Below are positions 32,870 through 35,305 of a stretch of DNA of 35,305 bases, in pieces. Where the stretch lies: positions 1 through 35,305 of the forward strand of contig JALTGF010000040.1 in the NCBI GenBank assembly GCA_027077325.1. Direction: 5' to 3'. The notes under the pieces were generated by a model, which ran no database searches, was not told where the DNA came from, and was given only the letters and a program-made list of their open reading frames with translations. Origin of the DNA: an archaeon (lineage in GTDB: Archaea; Undinarchaeota; Undinarchaeia; Undinarchaeales; JALTGF01). A program made the translations under genes and the position numbers. The number at the start of each line of letters is the position of its first letter. The first letter of the stretch is position 1.

Positions 32870-33798
32870 ACGAGGAATTAAAAAAACTTTTTGAAAAGCA
32901 GCACTATGCTTTGGTTGGAAAGCACACGGCAGTGAAAACCTGCCATTGGACAAAGCAGTCCATCCGCGGAAAAGGCGTTTGCTACAAGCAAAAGTTTTAT
33001 GGAATTCAAAGCCACCGATGCCTTCAAATGACACCCATTGTTGACAGGTGCAATTTTAACTGCTTATTTTGCTGGAGGCCAATGGACTACACTGAGCCAC
33101 AGCCCCCTGAAGATTTTGACGATCCAAAATACATAGTTGAAGAAAGCATAAAGGCGCAAAGAAAACTTTTAATTGGATTTAAGGGTTCGGCAACTGCCGA
33201 CCTAAAAAAACTTGAAGAAGCATTAAGTCCAAACCAAGTTGCAATTTCCCTTGCAGGGGAACCAACTCTTTATCCAAAACTGGGCGAATTAATTGAAGAA
33301 TATGCAAAACGCGGATTTACAACTTTTTTAGTTACAAATGGCTCAAATCCAGATGTCCTTGAAAAATTAAATCCAAAGCCAACTCAGCTTTACATTTCAG
33401 TGAGCGCTCCAACAAAAGAAATGCACTTGAAAATAAACAGGCCATTGATTAAAGACGGCTGGGAGCGATTGCAAAGGTCCCTTGAACTAATGTCAAAGAT
33501 GAACTGCCGAACTGTTGTAAGATTAACCTTGACGAGAAGTGCAATGATAATGCCTGAAAAATATGCTGAGATGATAAAGAAAGCAAATCCTATGTTTGTT
33601 GAGGCAAAAGCGTATATGCATGTTGGTCCTTCTGCAAAGCGCCTGCCGGAAGAAGAAATGCCAACTCACGCTGAGGTGCTTGAATTTGCAAAGACAATTG
33701 CGGACCTTTCTGGTTATATCTACAGGGACGAATCAGTGCCTTCGCGAGTCGTGCTCCTAACTAGAAGTGACATAAACAACACTAAAATTAAAGCATAG
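32866..33798 (+). CDS. taw1: 4-demethylwyosine synthase Taw1/TYW1 (radical SAM)
   Basis: The radical-SAM cluster motif is CNFNCLFCWR. It is preceded by HRCLQMTP and an upstream Cys pair, as in archaeal TYW1. There is an ATGA overlap with rnz. Confidence 0.85.
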   Translation: MNEELKKLFEKQHYALVGKHTAVKTCHWTKQSIRGKGVCYKQKFYGIQSHRCLQMTPIVDRCNFNCLFCWRPMDYTEPQPPEDFDDPKYIVEESIKAQRKLLIGFKGSATADLKKLEEALSPNQVAISLAGEPTLYPKLGELIEEYAKRGFTTFLVTNGSNPDVLEKLNPKPTQLYISVSAPTKEMHLKINRPLIKDGWERLQRSLELMSKMNCRTVVRLTLTRSAMIMPEKYAEMIKKANPMFVEAKAYMHVGPSAKRLPEEEMPTHAEVLEFAKTIADLSGYIYRDESVPSRVVLLTRSDINNTKIKA

Positions 33799-34666
33799 AT
33801 TTTATCGCTGAGAATATTCCGCTATACGCCGGTATGAGCAAGACTAGCACAATTATCAATGGTATGAGCCATACCAATGCAGCTTTCCAGGTTTCAAAGT
33901 TATGTGCTATTTTTATTGAAATTGTAAGTGGGTACAATGACAGCCCAATTAAGATGAAGTAAACAATAACCACATAATTAACCGGAATTAGCACTGTTAG
34001 AACTGCTCCAAGGAATAGCATTGGCGCCAGAACTATAGACATTAAAACTGATTGGTCCTTGAAAGAGCCCATCCCCCCAATGATTATTGCAAACATGTAG
34101 AAAAGTGCAGAAAGAACAAGCCACGCGCTTAAAAATATTGTTGGAAACTTGGCTATGGCAATTAGAGTTACAAACGCACTTATGAGTGTGGTGGCTGAAA
34201 TGAAGCTAGCGCCCCCTAATGATGTCTTGGTTACTAAAAGCATTGCAAAAACATAAATCGAAGAGACTAATCCTGCTAAAACTCCTGCAAGAAGAACATG
34301 CATAAATCCATTTGAAAATTCCAAGTAATTTTTCTTTGGTTTCAAAACATCGCTTGGCTTAAAAATGCAGACAAACCACTCCTTAAAAATTGAAGAAAAC
34401 AAATTTCCAACTGACCTTGTTTGTTTTGGTACATCCTTTCTTGCTTTAGGAGCTGGCTTTGTAACTTGAGTTGTCTTTGCTGGTGCAGGTGGCATGGGCG
34501 CTGCAGGTGGGGCCGGCAATGGCTTTGGCCCGCGTGCAAGTTCAATGGCATCATCAACCTCTCTAATTTGATATCCATATCCAATTAAATGTTCTCTGAT
34601 TTCCTCCTCTGAGTGCCCAGCAGCCAATTGCTTTTTTATGTAGTCAACTAAATCTTTGTCTACCAT
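33788..34666 (-). CDS. Membrane protein with an N-terminal soluble helical domain, a Pro-rich linker and a Yip1-like TM domain
   Basis: The soluble domain is LVDYIKKQLAAGHSEEEIREHLIGYGYQIREVDDAIE. It is followed by PKPLPAPPAAPMPPAP and then five TM helices paralogous to 30159-30737. Confidence 0.5.
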   Translation of the reverse strand: MVDKDLVDYIKKQLAAGHSEEEIREHLIGYGYQIREVDDAIELARGPKPLPAPPAAPMPPAPAKTTQVTKPAPKARKDVPKQTRSVGNLFSSIFKEWFVCIFKPSDVLKPKKNYLEFSNGFMHVLLAGVLAGLVSSIYVFAMLLVTKTSLGGASFISATTLISAFVTLIAIAKFPTIFLSAWLVLSALFYMFAIIIGGMGSFKDQSVLMSIVLAPMLFLGAVLTVLIPVNYVVIVYFILIGLSLYPLTISIKIAHNFETWKAALVWLIPLIIVLVLLIPAYSGIFSAIKSML

Positions 34667-34714
34667 TTCAAAAAGGATTAATTAAATATAGTATTTAACT
34701 TTTACTTACTCTGT

Positions 34715-35284
34715 ATGAAGCACAAATTGAGAGAGAAACACAAAACAATTAGGGATTCCTTGACAAATGAAGAAATAATTGAAAAAAGCAAGAAAATAAA
34801 GGAAAATCTCTTTTCTCTTCCAGAATTTAAAAATTCAAAAACAATCTTGTTTTACAGTTCAATTAAGTCAGAAGTAAAAACCGAGGATGCAATTAAAGAT
34901 TCACTCGCTCTTGGAAAAAGAGTTGTACTCCCAATTACTAATAAAGGGCAAAAGGCCTTAGAAATTTTTGAAATAAAAGATTCTAAAGGTTTAGCACAAG
35001 GTCCTTTTGGGATACTGGAGCCAAAAAAAGAATTGCCAATAAGCAAAGAAGATTTAGATCTTGTAATTGTTCCAGGGATTGTTTTTGACTTCCGCGGGCA
35101 CAGAATTGGCTATGGGGAAGGTTACTATGACAACTTCTTAAAAGATGTAAAAGCAACAAAAATTGGCCTTGCCTTTGAAATTCAAATTGTTCCTGAAATC
35201 CCTGCGGAGCCGCACGACATAAAAGTTAATAAAATAGTTACTGAAAAAAGAGTAATTACCTGTGGTACAAATGAAAAAACTTAA
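34715..35284 (+). CDS. 5-formyltetrahydrofolate cyclo-ligase
   Basis: LVIVPGIVFD..GHRIGYGEGYYD is the family signature. Confidence 0.85.
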   Translation: MKHKLREKHKTIRDSLTNEEIIEKSKKIKENLFSLPEFKNSKTILFYSSIKSEVKTEDAIKDSLALGKRVVLPITNKGQKALEIFEIKDSKGLAQGPFGILEPKKELPISKEDLDLVIVPGIVFDFRGHRIGYGEGYYDNFLKDVKATKIGLAFEIQIVPEIPAEPHDIKVNKIVTEKRVITCGTNEKT

Positions 35285-35305
35285 AATTGGTGTTTTAGCA
35301 TCAAC
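35270..35305 (+). CDS. Start of an ORF running off the window (MKKLKIGVLAS...); possibly a PurN-like formyltransferase
   Basis: Only 12 codons are visible. IGVLASG-type N-termini are typical of PurN/PurU, and the neighbouring gene is folate-related. This is too short to be sure. Confidence 0.25.

Noticed and set aside
1-35305. Scan for CRISPR arrays, rRNA genes, IS elements or transposases, and long direct or inverted repeats.
   Set aside because: I found no regularly spaced repeats, no rRNA-like GC-rich blocks other than the three tRNAs, and no DDE or serine/tyrosine recombinase motifs by eye.

Overview
AT-rich archaeal chromosome segment. The archaeal assignment rests on archaea/eukaryote-specific ribosomal proteins (eS4, eL32, eL19, eL14), an archaeal-type adenylate kinase, Cbf5, aSUI1, RNase P protein Rpp29, class III (prepilin-like) signal peptides and tRNA introns with bulge-helix-bulge motifs. 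The compact gene spacing, non-canonical tRNA intron and lysine-rich ribosomal-protein tails suggest a small-genome, DPANN-like lineage, but that is inference only. The window splits into three parts. (1) Positions 1-2500 hold the 3' part of a Dph6-like PP-loop ATPase overlapping a class I glutamine amidotransferase, two intron-containing tRNA genes (Thr-UGU with a 126-nt intron, Ser-CGA with a 40-nt T-loop intron), and a PD-(D/E)XK-like plus winged-helix protein. (2) Positions 2583-12079, minus strand, form a ten-gene, translationally coupled Tad/Epd-like type IV pilus operon. It encodes six prepilin-like proteins, including an 816-aa vWA-domain protein with very dense N-glycosylation sequons. 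It also encodes a coiled-coil protein, a FlaI/TadA-family ATPase and two separate T2SSF platform proteins. Small membrane and metal-binding genes follow at 12132-13919. No prepilin peptidase is visible in the window. (3) Positions 14163-30155 hold the canonical archaeal ribosomal-protein supercluster (uL3 through uL15), then secY, adk, an Oxa1/DUF106 insertase, cmk, eL14 and cbf5. After it come tRNA-Ser(GGA), an HTH protein whose 3' end overlaps that tRNA antisense, RNase Z, Taw1, two Yip1-like membrane paralogs and 5-formyl-THF cyclo-ligase. The most interesting items are the vWA-tipped pilus locus, the two unusual tRNA introns, the structured leader upstream of the uL3 operon, the Dph6-GATase coupling and the tRNA-abutting HTH gene. 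I saw no CRISPR array, rRNA gene or recognisable IS element.
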